IMG/VR virus record: IMGVR_UViG_3300031993_000007
Direction: 5' to 3' (one strand)
DNA length: 64,000 bases
DNA from: a virus
Lineage: Duplodnaviria > Caudoviricetes
A program made the position numbers and the translations under genes. Positions 35,985-45,132 of this stretch are shown piece after piece. The notes below the pieces were generated by a model that saw only the letters and a program-made list of their open reading frames with translations, was not told the origin of the DNA and did not search any database. Within the stretch, counting starts at the first letter, position 1; each line of letters opens with the position of its first letter.

Positions 35985-36667
35985 AACTCCCTACCGAAGC
36001 TATTAATGCCTTAAGTACTCCTGAAGATACCGCCGAAACTACCAATGCCTATATTGTCACTAAGATTCCCTTGCCGGGATACGGAGTATTTTCCGAGAGC
36101 ATCGAGTATCTGAAAGATGACCAAAAGGCAAAAAATAAATACATCAAGTATTTGGAACGGCAAGCCAGAAGCTCTTACGAACTTCGTAACTACCTTTCTC
36201 TGCTTAGAGAAAATGTGGAAATGACTAAATGTACTCTTCTGAACGGTGTGAGCTCAGAAGATGCTAGGATCGAACTCCATCACTTTCCATTTACAATGTA
36301 CGACATCGCTAGAATCATCCTTGATGATGCTCTGCAAAAGGAAGACGACGTAACAAGTTTTCAGCTTGTTGCCCGAATCATAGCAGAACACTACCAAGGT
36401 AACGTTGGCTTGGTACCCTTGTCTGTGACGGCTCATGAGCTTGTTCATGACGGAAAGCTGACAGTAAGCCTTAAAAGTGCAAATGGAAACTGGCAAGCCT
36501 TCGCTAAGAAGTATGCTCATGTCCTTACTCCGGGTGACATAGAGAACCTGAAATTCCTTATTCAGACTTCTGCCACTCCAGAACTCCAGCATACCAATGC
36601 CAGAAAGCTTAGAGTCTTGAAGAGAAATATTCTTCCTATGGAAGAAAGACCTGACAAAGCAGAATAA
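35981..36667 (+). CDS. HNH-like fold protein, paralog 2
   Basis: C..IELHHFPFTMYDI...HY..NVGLVPLSVTAHELVH; ATGA overlap. Confidence 0.68.
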   Translation: MKLPTEAINALSTPEDTAETTNAYIVTKIPLPGYGVFSESIEYLKDDQKAKNKYIKYLERQARSSYELRNYLSLLRENVEMTKCTLLNGVSSEDARIELHHFPFTMYDIARIILDDALQKEDDVTSFQLVARIIAEHYQGNVGLVPLSVTAHELVHDGKLTVSLKSANGNWQAFAKKYAHVLTPGDIENLKFLIQTSATPELQHTNARKLRVLKRNILPMEERPDKAE

Positions 36668-36697
36668 AAATAAAGCCCTCCGTTTGGAGGGCTAATT

Positions 36698-37168
36698 TTA
36701 GAAGTCGCCGTCTGCAACCTGAAGACAGGTATAACCTAGCTCTCGCCACTTCTTGACCATCGAGTTTCGATCTTCAAGAATAAGAGCTACTTCCGTATCC
36801 GGATTGCATTTTAGGTATTCATTCAGCATTTCGGGCTTCACAATGGTATCATGACGTTTATCACCATCCTTTCGGAATAGGATCTCATGACACCTGCGGA
36901 TATTCCCGAAGAGCTTTACATTTTCGTCGAGCCACTTGATGGTATCTTCTCGGCAAGACTCGCGCCTCCCTGTGCAGTAAACAATCTCGAAGTTGGTAGA
37001 CAAGACTTCAACGACTTCAATAATAGGCTTGATCGGCTCATCTTCGCCGCAAGCGTTATAGAAGCTGTCCCAGTCTGGTTTACACACGTCTAAATATTTT
37101 GCTGCACGATCGGAAGCATCAGAGAGTGTTCCATCGATATCCACAAGAACTATTCTGCGTTTAGCCAT
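36698..37168 (-). CDS. HAD-family phosphatase (polynucleotide kinase 3'-phosphatase-like)
   Basis: DIDGT, TGR, RHDTIVK, EDR..W..LG..CLQV. Confidence 0.85.
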   Translation of the reverse strand: MAKRRIVLVDIDGTLSDASDRAAKYLDVCKPDWDSFYNACGEDEPIKPIIEVVEVLSTNFEIVYCTGRRESCREDTIKWLDENVKLFGNIRRCHEILFRKDGDKRHDTIVKPEMLNEYLKCNPDTEVALILEDRNSMVKKWRELGYTCLQVADGDF

Positions 37169-37469
37169 TTTTAATCTCCGTTTCTAGTTTAATTTCAACA
37201 TTTCCACTTACAACTCTGACTTTCTTGTTAGAAGTCAAAAGGATTGTATTCTTTACATCTTTGGCTTCCTCAAAGGAATCGTAGTTAGCCGCAAGTAATG
37301 GGTTATCCGTAACCTGATCCTTAGCCCAGTGATACGGAGCATAGAATCCTTCCTTGCCGTCTTTACCTTCGATTAACACAAAGAACTTCGTTCCAAAAAA
37401 TTTAATCATGACATCCGTCTTTCCATTAGATTTAGTCGTGACAGTTATTCTTTTGGGATCTTCAAACAT
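37161..37469 (-). CDS. Hypothetical protein
   Basis: GAGG RBS; TATATTA at 37508-37514. Confidence 0.7.
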   Translation of the reverse strand: MFEDPKRITVTTKSNGKTDVMIKFFGTKFFVLIEGKDGKEGFYAPYHWAKDQVTDNPLLAANYDSFEEAKDVKNTILLTSNKKVRVVSGNVEIKLETEIKNG

Positions 37470-37582
37470 GATCTACCTCTTATTTAAGAAAACATTTCCT
37501 CAACAAATAATATAAAAAAGAAAGAAGACGTCTGCACGGAATGCAGACGTCTAAAGAGAATGAGAGAGTACTATTTATTTTT

Positions 37583-37843
37583 TTATTTCTTGCTGATTAG
37601 TTCTTCAAGCTTGCTAACTATTTTGTCTAAAGTCTGAGTTTGCCAGTCCCAGCATTCAGAATCAGGAATTTCAATGTCAAATTCATCTTCAAGGGCCATC
37701 ACGATTATGACTCCGTCTAGGGAATCAGCCCCGAGATCATTGTAAATATTGCTGTCGCCCTTGATCTGATCGACGCTCGTGCTCAACTTATCGGCGATGA
37801 CTTCCTTTGTTCTCTTTTCGATTTCTTCATGGCTGAAAGACAT
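37583..37843 (-). CDS. acpP: Acyl carrier protein
   Basis: DLGADSLD phosphopantetheine site; MALEDEFDIEIPD. Confidence 0.9.
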   Translation of the reverse strand: MSFSHEEIEKRTKEVIADKLSTSVDQIKGDSNIYNDLGADSLDGVIIVMALEDEFDIEIPDSECWDWQTQTLDKIVSKLEELISKK

Positions 37844-38595
37844 TATTCTAATTCTCCGAGATAGGGGTTATGGTCTTCGTTAGACCAGTTGCAGTTGTAG
37901 TTTCCATTTGGATACAGTTTCGGAATGTGAGGCTCATCCATGATGTTAGTTACTCCTGGAACACAACGCTTCAGGCGAACGCCTTCATACATTGTATATT
38001 CATAAGAGTCAACACGTTCCCAACTTAAAGTTTCCAAAAACTTTTGTACTTCTTGGTCTGGGCATACTTGCTCGAAGTTTGGTTTGAAGAACATCGTTAC
38101 CGACCGACGAACAAAGTCCTTAGTATACTCAACGAAGTGCTCAAGCTTCTTCATGCTAAAGGTAGCATCTCCGCTTAGTTTAAGGTTGATTTTATCGGTA
38201 GATAGCTTTCGCCAGTAATCGATCTCCTCGTCATTGTATACAGCGACTTGTACCCAGTCAAAGATGGGTAATATTTCCTTGACTACTTCTCGATTCCGTG
38301 CATTGGTAGAAATTACGGAGCGAAAGCCAGCTCCTGCAATCATCCCACAGATAAGAGCAAGACGATGGACTCCAATCAGTGTAGGTTCGCCGCCAAGCAG
38401 CAGAATCTCCATAGGGCCATTATCATTCTGGTACTTAGGTGACACATGAGTGTGCTTCTCCAAAAGATGAATAAAGCTTTTTACTTTATCGAAGCTTACG
38501 ATATCTTTTGAGGAACCACGAAAAGCATCTACACAGAACTTGCAGTTCATATTGCAAGAATGATTAACCACGATATCGGCGTGATCAATATTCAT
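37843..38595 (-). CDS. Radical SAM protein
   Basis: CNMNCKFC, GGEP, STN motifs; TAATG coupling to acpP. Confidence 0.85.
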   Translation of the reverse strand: MNIDHADIVVNHSCNMNCKFCVDAFRGSSKDIVSFDKVKSFIHLLEKHTHVSPKYQNDNGPMEILLLGGEPTLIGVHRLALICGMIAGAGFRSVISTNARNREVVKEILPIFDWVQVAVYNDEEIDYWRKLSTDKINLKLSGDATFSMKKLEHFVEYTKDFVRRSVTMFFKPNFEQVCPDQEVQKFLETLSWERVDSYEYTMYEGVRLKRCVPGVTNIMDEPHIPKLYPNGNYNCNWSNEDHNPYLGELE

Positions 38596-38833
38596 ATGGC
38601 GATTTCTCCTTGAGTAGGTTGAAGCTAATTGGGATAATTTGTTGAGCGAGCACTTCGCATGAATCTTTGTGGCGGATACGAAGATCCAAAGAATGAGAAT
38701 AAGACATTCCAGAAATTAGAGAGAAATGCGGGTAAACTGTGCTGGTTGTTTCTAGCTCTATTTGCTTCTTGAATTCTTCTTTAAATTCGTATCTAATATC
38801 TAAGGGATGGCCAATATATTTAGGATCTATCAT
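38585..38833 (-). CDS. Hypothetical protein
   Basis: Coupled to its neighbours. Confidence 0.6.
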   Translation of the reverse strand: MIDPKYIGHPLDIRYEFKEEFKKQIELETTSTVYPHFSLISGMSYSHSLDLRIRHKDSCEVLAQQIIPISFNLLKEKSPYEY

Positions 38834-39117
38834 ACCATACCTGCTGAGATAATCTGATTTGACGGATGGTAGAAAGGTTCAGTGTGATAATTATGGCCAG
38901 TCTTTTGGTAAAGTTCCTTAACTAGCTCTCTAGCTTTTTCTTCTGTAAAGAACTTCGAATCTTTACGACTGTACTCTAGTCCAAAGATTTGGCCGAAGTA
39001 GCTAACATACTTGTAGCCATCCGTGGAAGAATCATCTATAATAATCCATGACTCAGGCCTTATCATCGGCCTCGAGATTAAACCGATTTTCATAAGAAGG
39101 GATTTGATGATGCCCAT
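38830..39117 (-). CDS. Hypothetical protein
   Basis: GGAGG RBS. Confidence 0.65.
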   Translation of the reverse strand: MGIIKSLLMKIGLISRPMIRPESWIIIDDSSTDGYKYVSYFGQIFGLEYSRKDSKFFTEEKARELVKELYQKTGHNYHTEPFYHPSNQIISAGMV

Positions 39118-39238
39118 ATTTCCTCCGAAATAAAATAGGCGTGCCTCTCGGCACGCCCGTGGTTTTAGGATTTGTCACTATTTATTAAATGCTTAATATT
39201 TGGATCCAACGCTCTTTCCTAAGATACGCAGGATGAGA

Positions 39239-39973
39239 TTAGTCTAGACCGCCCTTAAGGCTTACAGGAAGTCTGCTTCCATCTGTCACAAGGTCAGACT
39301 TCAGTCCGGCACCCATGAGGAATACGTCAAACGTGTTGAGTGTACTCTTCTCAAAGACGCTGTCATTTGCCTGAATGTCTTTCAGACGAACATAACCATC
39401 ACGAGCAATGGTATTGTACATCGCTCGCTTCTGGCCAGCATTGTCAGCTCTAGGCCCAAGGAACTCCTTCAGAGTGTTATCATTTCCTTCAAGCAGCAAG
39501 GCGTAAGTTTCCACGTCGGAGTTACGAGCCGTTTTAGATCCGCCCGTGACTTGGTTCGTGATGGCATTACGTTCCTTGATGTCAAAAGACATACCAGTCT
39601 TGTGGGATACCGTCTGTTGAAGACGTTTGATCTGAATGTATCCAACCGGAACCTTGGTATACGACCGTACTGGCTTGCCATTAGCAGTTTCATCATGCCA
39701 GTACACATACTCTTCAAGGGGAATTCCAAGAAATTTTGCAGCAGATTCAATGTCAGAAAACTCCGGCTCATTCTTGAACGGCAAGACTTCGATCCTGAAA
39801 TTAGTGTCCGGATCCTTTAGGAATTTTGTCATGTAATCGCTAAAGGCCTTGTCGCTCATCTTGCGAAATTGGTCTCTGTATTTCTTGGTGTTCGCCCCAG
39901 TCTTGTCTAGACGGTCTAGAACACCATAAATCAGGTCTTCCATCTTTTTACGAGTCGAAGCATTAATAGGCAT
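39239..39973 (-). CDS. RNA polymerase beta-like subunit, C-terminal fragment (probably virion RNAP)
   Basis: VGYIQIKRLQQ, RNAITNQVTG, SDVETYAL, LKEFLGPRAD align with the beta C-terminus; late promoter AACTCCTAATTA at 39988-39999. Confidence 0.82.
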   Translation of the reverse strand: MPINASTRKKMEDLIYGVLDRLDKTGANTKKYRDQFRKMSDKAFSDYMTKFLKDPDTNFRIEVLPFKNEPEFSDIESAAKFLGIPLEEYVYWHDETANGKPVRSYTKVPVGYIQIKRLQQTVSHKTGMSFDIKERNAITNQVTGGSKTARNSDVETYALLLEGNDNTLKEFLGPRADNAGQKRAMYNTIARDGYVRLKDIQANDSVFEKSTLNTFDVFLMGAGLKSDLVTDGSRLPVSLKGGLD

Positions 39974-39990
39974 AGATCTTCCTTTGTTAA

Positions 39991-40911
39991 TTAGGAGTTG
40001 AGAAGCGCCCGTTTGACATCAGAGATTGCAGATTGATCTGGCGCATCTAGCGCAAGAATTTCGCTTAGCATTACAGCATTGCTCTTAAGCGAAGTAATCA
40101 GCTTATTGTGATAGTCAATCTTTATATTTACAATATTCTCAGGAAATACGGAACCGTAGCTTTCGTACATAATTTCGAGAGTCACAACAAACTCAAATAA
40201 CATTTTGCGTTTGTCTGGGCTATCTATGTAATGAAACATGCTGTTGATCATTTCTGGATGGTACAAGTACACCTCTCCAGACTTTGTCTTCAAGAGTTTT
40301 TCGTCAAAGACCTCATTAAAGAATTTGATAATGAAGTCCTTGTAGTTCTTCGCCTTCCAGTTGCCGCTAAGCTTCTTGGTGATGCAAACCAGAATACTAT
40401 CTTTGGCTGTCGTATAACCCTTGATTCCAAGGAGTTTGCACAACAACATTAGAGCCATAAGGATCTGCACATTTTGATTATTATACTTTGAAGATTCAGC
40501 TTTTGGATCTCCGAAGAATCTCGATATGACACTAAAGAAAATGTTTGTGACCGATCCAGCTCCGTCTGGGGTAATGGCGTATGGTTTGAAGTGGTCATCC
40601 AGCTCTAAGCCAATCGGCAGACCTTTGAAATTAAAATTACTTCCGTCTGGCTTGAATATGTCTCTCATAAATTCATCATTAGGACAAGACAGATCCACCT
40701 TGTTAAGAACTACAGAAGTGAAATCGCACTCGTTCAAGGGAATTGCTACAAATCCCCTGATAGACTTGTGCATCTGATCCATTCCAAGAGAGAATATTGA
40801 CACACTCTTCAGAACTCGATCTATAGGCAAGATATTAAACTCAGGTTCATTTCCATCTAGGCTTAGCTTGAGCAGCCTAAATGCTGTTCGATAGTGCGTA
40901 AAGATTTCCAT
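39991..40911 (-). CDS. Hypothetical protein with a degenerate C-terminal module
   Basis: Ends LITSLKSNAVMLSEIL...VKRALLNS. Confidence 0.7.
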   Translation of the reverse strand: MEIFTHYRTAFRLLKLSLDGNEPEFNILPIDRVLKSVSIFSLGMDQMHKSIRGFVAIPLNECDFTSVVLNKVDLSCPNDEFMRDIFKPDGSNFNFKGLPIGLELDDHFKPYAITPDGAGSVTNIFFSVISRFFGDPKAESSKYNNQNVQILMALMLLCKLLGIKGYTTAKDSILVCITKKLSGNWKAKNYKDFIIKFFNEVFDEKLLKTKSGEVYLYHPEMINSMFHYIDSPDKRKMLFEFVVTLEIMYESYGSVFPENIVNIKIDYHNKLITSLKSNAVMLSEILALDAPDQSAISDVKRALLNS

Positions 40912-41207
40912 TATTTTGCTCCCAGGTCTGAATAGTATACAGCCTTAATATCTGTAAGGTTATCGTCAATATCGAATTCTAGCTGTCGATAGCCGCCAAG
41001 ATGCTTCAAAATATTGATATCTTCTTGGTTAGCATTGAGTTTAAATTCTTTAGATACCGACTTCATCTTTATGCGGTAGTCCTCGTTGTTATCAAGAATT
41101 ATAAGGTTATCATTCGCCTTAGGGCTAACAAATAAATATCTCAAGTCGGGATTTATCCAAACATCATTTCCGATTATAAACTTGATCGTTCCAACAGTGC
41201 GAAACAT
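40911..41207 (-). CDS. Hypothetical protein
   Basis: GGAG RBS, TAATG coupling. Confidence 0.65.
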   Translation of the reverse strand: MFRTVGTIKFIIGNDVWINPDLRYLFVSPKANDNLIILDNNEDYRIKMKSVSKEFKLNANQEDINILKHLGGYRQLEFDIDDNLTDIKAVYYSDLGAK

Positions 41208-41245
41208 AAAACTCCAATCGGGATACCGAAGTATCCCGAGTTAAA

Positions 41246-41791
41246 TTAAGACAGATTTATCTTCTTCTCGCCATATTCAAACATATAGCTCGAAGCTGTG
41301 GCCATTACTGTTGCAAAGTCCATAATCCATTTCCAGAGCTGCGAATCAAACCCAAAGGTGATATCTCTATCCGGAACATAGATTTTTGCAGTATTTAGCC
41401 TATCGTGCTTGTTGTACTGGTGAGGATTGACAATCAGCACAAAATCAGCAAAATCAAAACGAAGCTCAAGAACATCCTTCGGAAATTCTGGAATCTTGGC
41501 ATAATCTGAAACCACTCGGAAGAATGCCTTAGCCTGAACAGGATCAAGTATCATGGTATGATACCTATTTTTGATTTTATCAAAGATGAAGATTCCTTCA
41601 TGAAAATCAAATTTAATGTATCCTTCAAGATCCGGATTTTCGTCTAAGATGTCTGCTCGATAGTTAAGATTCTCTATAACTTCAATCTTAGCTGTAGCCG
41701 GATCGCAAACTCTGGAGTACGACCCTTGAGGATCGGCATCTGTGTGCTCAAAAGCCCCAAAGGGCAAGATGTATTGAGTGATTGCTGACAT
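41246..41791 (-). CDS. Hypothetical late protein
   Basis: Late promoter AACAAGGAATTG at 41838-41849. Confidence 0.7.
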   Translation of the reverse strand: MSAITQYILPFGAFEHTDADPQGSYSRVCDPATAKIEVIENLNYRADILDENPDLEGYIKFDFHEGIFIFDKIKNRYHTMILDPVQAKAFFRVVSDYAKIPEFPKDVLELRFDFADFVLIVNPHQYNKHDRLNTAKIYVPDRDITFGFDSQLWKWIMDFATVMATASSYMFEYGEKKINLS

Positions 41792-41869
41792 GATGGTAAG
41801 TCCTTTTGATGATTAAGAAATTGTTGAATTATGATTACAATTCCTTGTTCAATCTATCTAAACTTCCAC

Positions 41870-42076
41870 TTATTCTACAACGACGAAGTTGCCATTTTCC
41901 GGCTGTAACCTTAGTCCACCCCAAGATCCGCTAAGCTGGCACAAGTCATCCACATGATCGCAAACTCCAGTCTTTCCACTGTACTTAGGTTCTCCTTTCA
42001 TTTCGATGATCTTAATGGTCTTACCAAGATATTTGTCCTTGGTACTTTGGATTTCTGCTTCAGTTGGTATTTTCAT
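41870..42076 (-). CDS. DUF4314-like small protein
   Basis: G.TGV..VDD..QL..SW.GL.L.P pattern; GAGG RBS before ATG 42076. Confidence 0.65.
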   Translation of the reverse strand: MKIPTEAEIQSTKDKYLGKTIKIIEMKGEPKYSGKTGVCDHVDDLCQLSGSWGGLRLQPENGNFVVVE

Positions 42077-42153
42077 AGTTTCCTCTTTGGTTAGACACAA
42101 TTTAATATAGCGCATATATTTTAAAAGGAGAATAATACCAATAAGAGGAAAAT

Positions 42154-43659
42154 ATGCCAACAACTATTTCTGATCTATTCGATTTAATCATAAACAACGG
42201 ACTCGGCAACGACGGATGCGACCTTAATCTTTATATCTTCAAATCTAAGGAATTGGCATCGTTTGGTCGCCATCCATGCTATCAATTAAAAGGCAAACTT
42301 ATTCCTAAAGAATTTTCTGACGAATACAAGACTATTATTGTATTCGATAACGACTACAAATATAAACATAAGGACGAACTTCCGTGTTCTATTGACTTTT
42401 TCGGGTATGAAGCCTTCCGAGAGTTCCTGTTTAAGTACAAACCGGAAAATATGCCCATTGAAGAATTTTTAGATCCTATCATCCGGTCTGGATACAAAGA
42501 TATCATTGACTTCGACTATGTAGGACTGACTTATGTGATGGTATCAGATTCAAAGGCCTTCAACGACCCGGATCTGGAAGAGACTATAAAGAAGAAGACC
42601 GAAGAATACTTCCAAAAGGAAAACCCAGATCAAATTCTGCTAGAAATGTTTGGCTATAATAAATTTAAGGATCCAAAGGTTGAGCAAAATCATAGATCTC
42701 ATCACAAGTTTGTTGACCGCTATGCAGAAGTCAGTTTCATAGGCATGACTTATAAGCTCTTCGTGCACAACCAGTATATAGAAGATCCTAGAAGTCTAAT
42801 AAATATCTTTATGTTTGACAAAATGTCAGAAGAGCTTGGTTCTATTAATGATCAGCATGTGGGTCGATTCATCTTGCCGTTTAGAATTAAGCTTCGTCTT
42901 GAAAAAGATATCAAAAGCAGCTGTCCTCCATTCTCTAAGGAATTGGAGGTTGATACCATATACAAAGACGGCGTTCCGATGGACTCCAAAGCTATTCCAA
43001 AGATATACAGACTGAGTATGGACTTCTTGAAGTACCACGATAAACTAGAAGTTACACAACGCCTGAAATCTTATAGGAGGGGTGCTTATGAACAAGCTGA
43101 AAATTTCCTTCAGATTCGTCAGGACTGTAGCCACCTAAATCTGATTGAAAAGAGGATCCGTGAAGCTGTCAAGGGAGATTCAAACCTTACTAACGAGGCA
43201 TGGCTATCTCTGATTATTCGGTGTGCTATGTTCCTCGACAATGGTCTGTCTCTTCACAAAGATGGCATCAATGAATCATTCTTGAGCTCTCCTTCTAAAG
43301 AGCTAGATATCTCTAAAGATAGCGGATTTGGCAAAGATTTCCGCCTACATCTTTTCGGCGCTGGAGATAGCAAAATGCTGCTTTCTCCGAATTCGATTAT
43401 TGAAAAGCTTAGCAGCGATCTTGAAGATCTAAAGACCTGGACAGAAGGGTTTAAAGAAATCGTACATTTCATGAAGACTTGTTTCTCTGAAGAAGAAATG
43501 AATATCGACTTGACTATGGAAGATTTTGTAATCAAAGTCCTTGGTCGAACCGTTCCTACGGATCCGTTGTCAGTAATCAATTCCATCAATAGAGTAGAAA
43601 ACCATGAATTATGCTCTTATCTTAAACCAGCTGCAAAGATTGCTAGAGAGCTACTGTAA
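42154..43659 (+). CDS. Hypothetical early protein with the C-terminal DP module
   Basis: GAGG RBS, TATATT upstream; VPTDPLSVINSI...IARELL. Confidence 0.78.
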   Translation: MPTTISDLFDLIINNGLGNDGCDLNLYIFKSKELASFGRHPCYQLKGKLIPKEFSDEYKTIIVFDNDYKYKHKDELPCSIDFFGYEAFREFLFKYKPENMPIEEFLDPIIRSGYKDIIDFDYVGLTYVMVSDSKAFNDPDLEETIKKKTEEYFQKENPDQILLEMFGYNKFKDPKVEQNHRSHHKFVDRYAEVSFIGMTYKLFVHNQYIEDPRSLINIFMFDKMSEELGSINDQHVGRFILPFRIKLRLEKDIKSSCPPFSKELEVDTIYKDGVPMDSKAIPKIYRLSMDFLKYHDKLEVTQRLKSYRRGAYEQAENFLQIRQDCSHLNLIEKRIREAVKGDSNLTNEAWLSLIIRCAMFLDNGLSLHKDGINESFLSSPSKELDISKDSGFGKDFRLHLFGAGDSKMLLSPNSIIEKLSSDLEDLKTWTEGFKEIVHFMKTCFSEEEMNIDLTMEDFVIKVLGRTVPTDPLSVINSINRVENHELCSYLKPAAKIARELL

Positions 43660-43731
43660 TTTAAAAAAGGAAGCCAGCGATGGCTTCTTTTTTATTATCG
43701 AACAGATAATTGCACCTAACCAAGGAAACCT

Positions 43732-44160
43732 ATGTTTAAACGATTTAAAGAATGGCTCCAAGCCAGAAAAGAACGGAAGATCCAGAGGGGTATCGATAAT
43801 TATGCTCATCAGTACGTCCTCAAGAACGGATACAATCAGGATCGTGACCTAACCCTGCTCGTAGACATTACAGCTAGGGTCTCAGACAAGTATGTCAAGG
43901 AAGTCAAGGCAGTCTATGAAGAGCTCCACAAGGGGGCCATTGTCCGTGGCGAGAGTGACTTCCAAGAAGACATGGTAACACTGGTCACCAATATTCTTGG
44001 AATGGTCAGCAGAGAATACATGGCCTTACTGATGATCTACTTCGGGAACATAGAAAATCTTACCTCATATGTTCATCTTTTGCTGTTCGCTGTGGAAGAA
44101 AGTGTCATTAAACTTAATAAACAGAAGATTCGTGAGATCCGTGGAAAAATCGAAGTATAA
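43732..44160 (+). CDS. Hypothetical late protein
   Basis: Late promoter AACAGATAATTG at 43701-43712. Confidence 0.7.
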   Translation: MFKRFKEWLQARKERKIQRGIDNYAHQYVLKNGYNQDRDLTLLVDITARVSDKYVKEVKAVYEELHKGAIVRGESDFQEDMVTLVTNILGMVSREYMALLMIYFGNIENLTSYVHLLLFAVEESVIKLNKQKIREIRGKIEV

Positions 44161-44248
44161 ACAAATTTCCCTAACCACTTGGTTAGGGAAAATAATCCTC
44201 TTGGCCGAAACCAAGAGGATTATTCAACTTAATCATCAGAAGGAGTAT

Positions 44249-44308
44249 ATGGAACAACAATACGAGAAAGATAAAGCGAAGATAGCGCCATACTTCGCTC
44301 AATTTTAA
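44249..44308 (+). CDS. 19-aa micro-ORF MEQQYEKDKAKIAPYFAQF
   Basis: AAGGAG immediately upstream; follows two hairpins. Confidence 0.35.
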   Translation: MEQQYEKDKAKIAPYFAQF

Positions 44309-44309
44309 G

Positions 44310-45131
44310 TTAGGCCGCTCTAGACTTATCAATCAAGAGATTTCCAAACGGAATCACAATATCCACTAGATTTTCTGTTGGATCCAATAGATCCTCCCAA
44401 GCCGGATCATCAAATGGCAAATCCAATCGTACCCGACTAAACTTGCTTGGAGTTCCGGTCAGAGTCATAAGTCCAGTTCGAAGACTTCTGTACATATCTT
44501 GAGGAGCAGTATGCTCTATCAATTCTGTACGGAACTTCTGAACCTTCTTCAGAATATCCAGAGGATCTGTTCCAACCTCCAATAATCTGAGCCATTCTAG
44601 AAGTTTCTTTCCAACTCCGACGGAGCTGTACTCCCTGCCATGCTCACCAATTCCTCGAATGGTAAGATCCTTTCCTCCCTTGTTTAGGAAGATCTGGATA
44701 CGGTTTACCACCGCCAGTGCAGAGAATTCTCCGTCACATCTAAATTTGATAGATCCCATTTCCAAGACAGGCTTCTTGACTCTATCTTCGATAACCGTAA
44801 TGGCGTCATTGTTGATTGAAATCAGAGTATCATCTTCGACTCCGTTCAGTCTCATAAATTCTGCCATAGTCGATCGAATCTTACTGGTGAGTAATTTACT
44901 CCAGTCAGCATCTAAAGCTCTAATCTTGCCAACAATGATGTTTCTCTCTTCCTTTTCCATATCCTCAAGTCTGCGGATATCTGATTTAGAGAGAAGCCCG
45001 TATTCACGGATCACGGACAATCCTGCACTTCGCATATCGTATTCACGAATTACACGATTGCCCAGTCCGTAAACAAGGTTCAAATCTGGATGTTGAAAAG
45101 TGGCCTTCATGGCCAAATCATTGGAAATCAT
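44310..45131 (-). CDS. Divergent DNA polymerase palm-like protein
   Basis: IREYDMRSAG (motif A-like) and ISINNDAI (motif C-like). Confidence 0.5.
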   Translation of the reverse strand: MISNDLAMKATFQHPDLNLVYGLGNRVIREYDMRSAGLSVIREYGLLSKSDIRRLEDMEKEERNIIVGKIRALDADWSKLLTSKIRSTMAEFMRLNGVEDDTLISINNDAITVIEDRVKKPVLEMGSIKFRCDGEFSALAVVNRIQIFLNKGGKDLTIRGIGEHGREYSSVGVGKKLLEWLRLLEVGTDPLDILKKVQKFRTELIEHTAPQDMYRSLRTGLMTLTGTPSKFSRVRLDLPFDDPAWEDLLDPTENLVDIVIPFGNLLIDKSRAA

Positions 45132-45132
45132 A

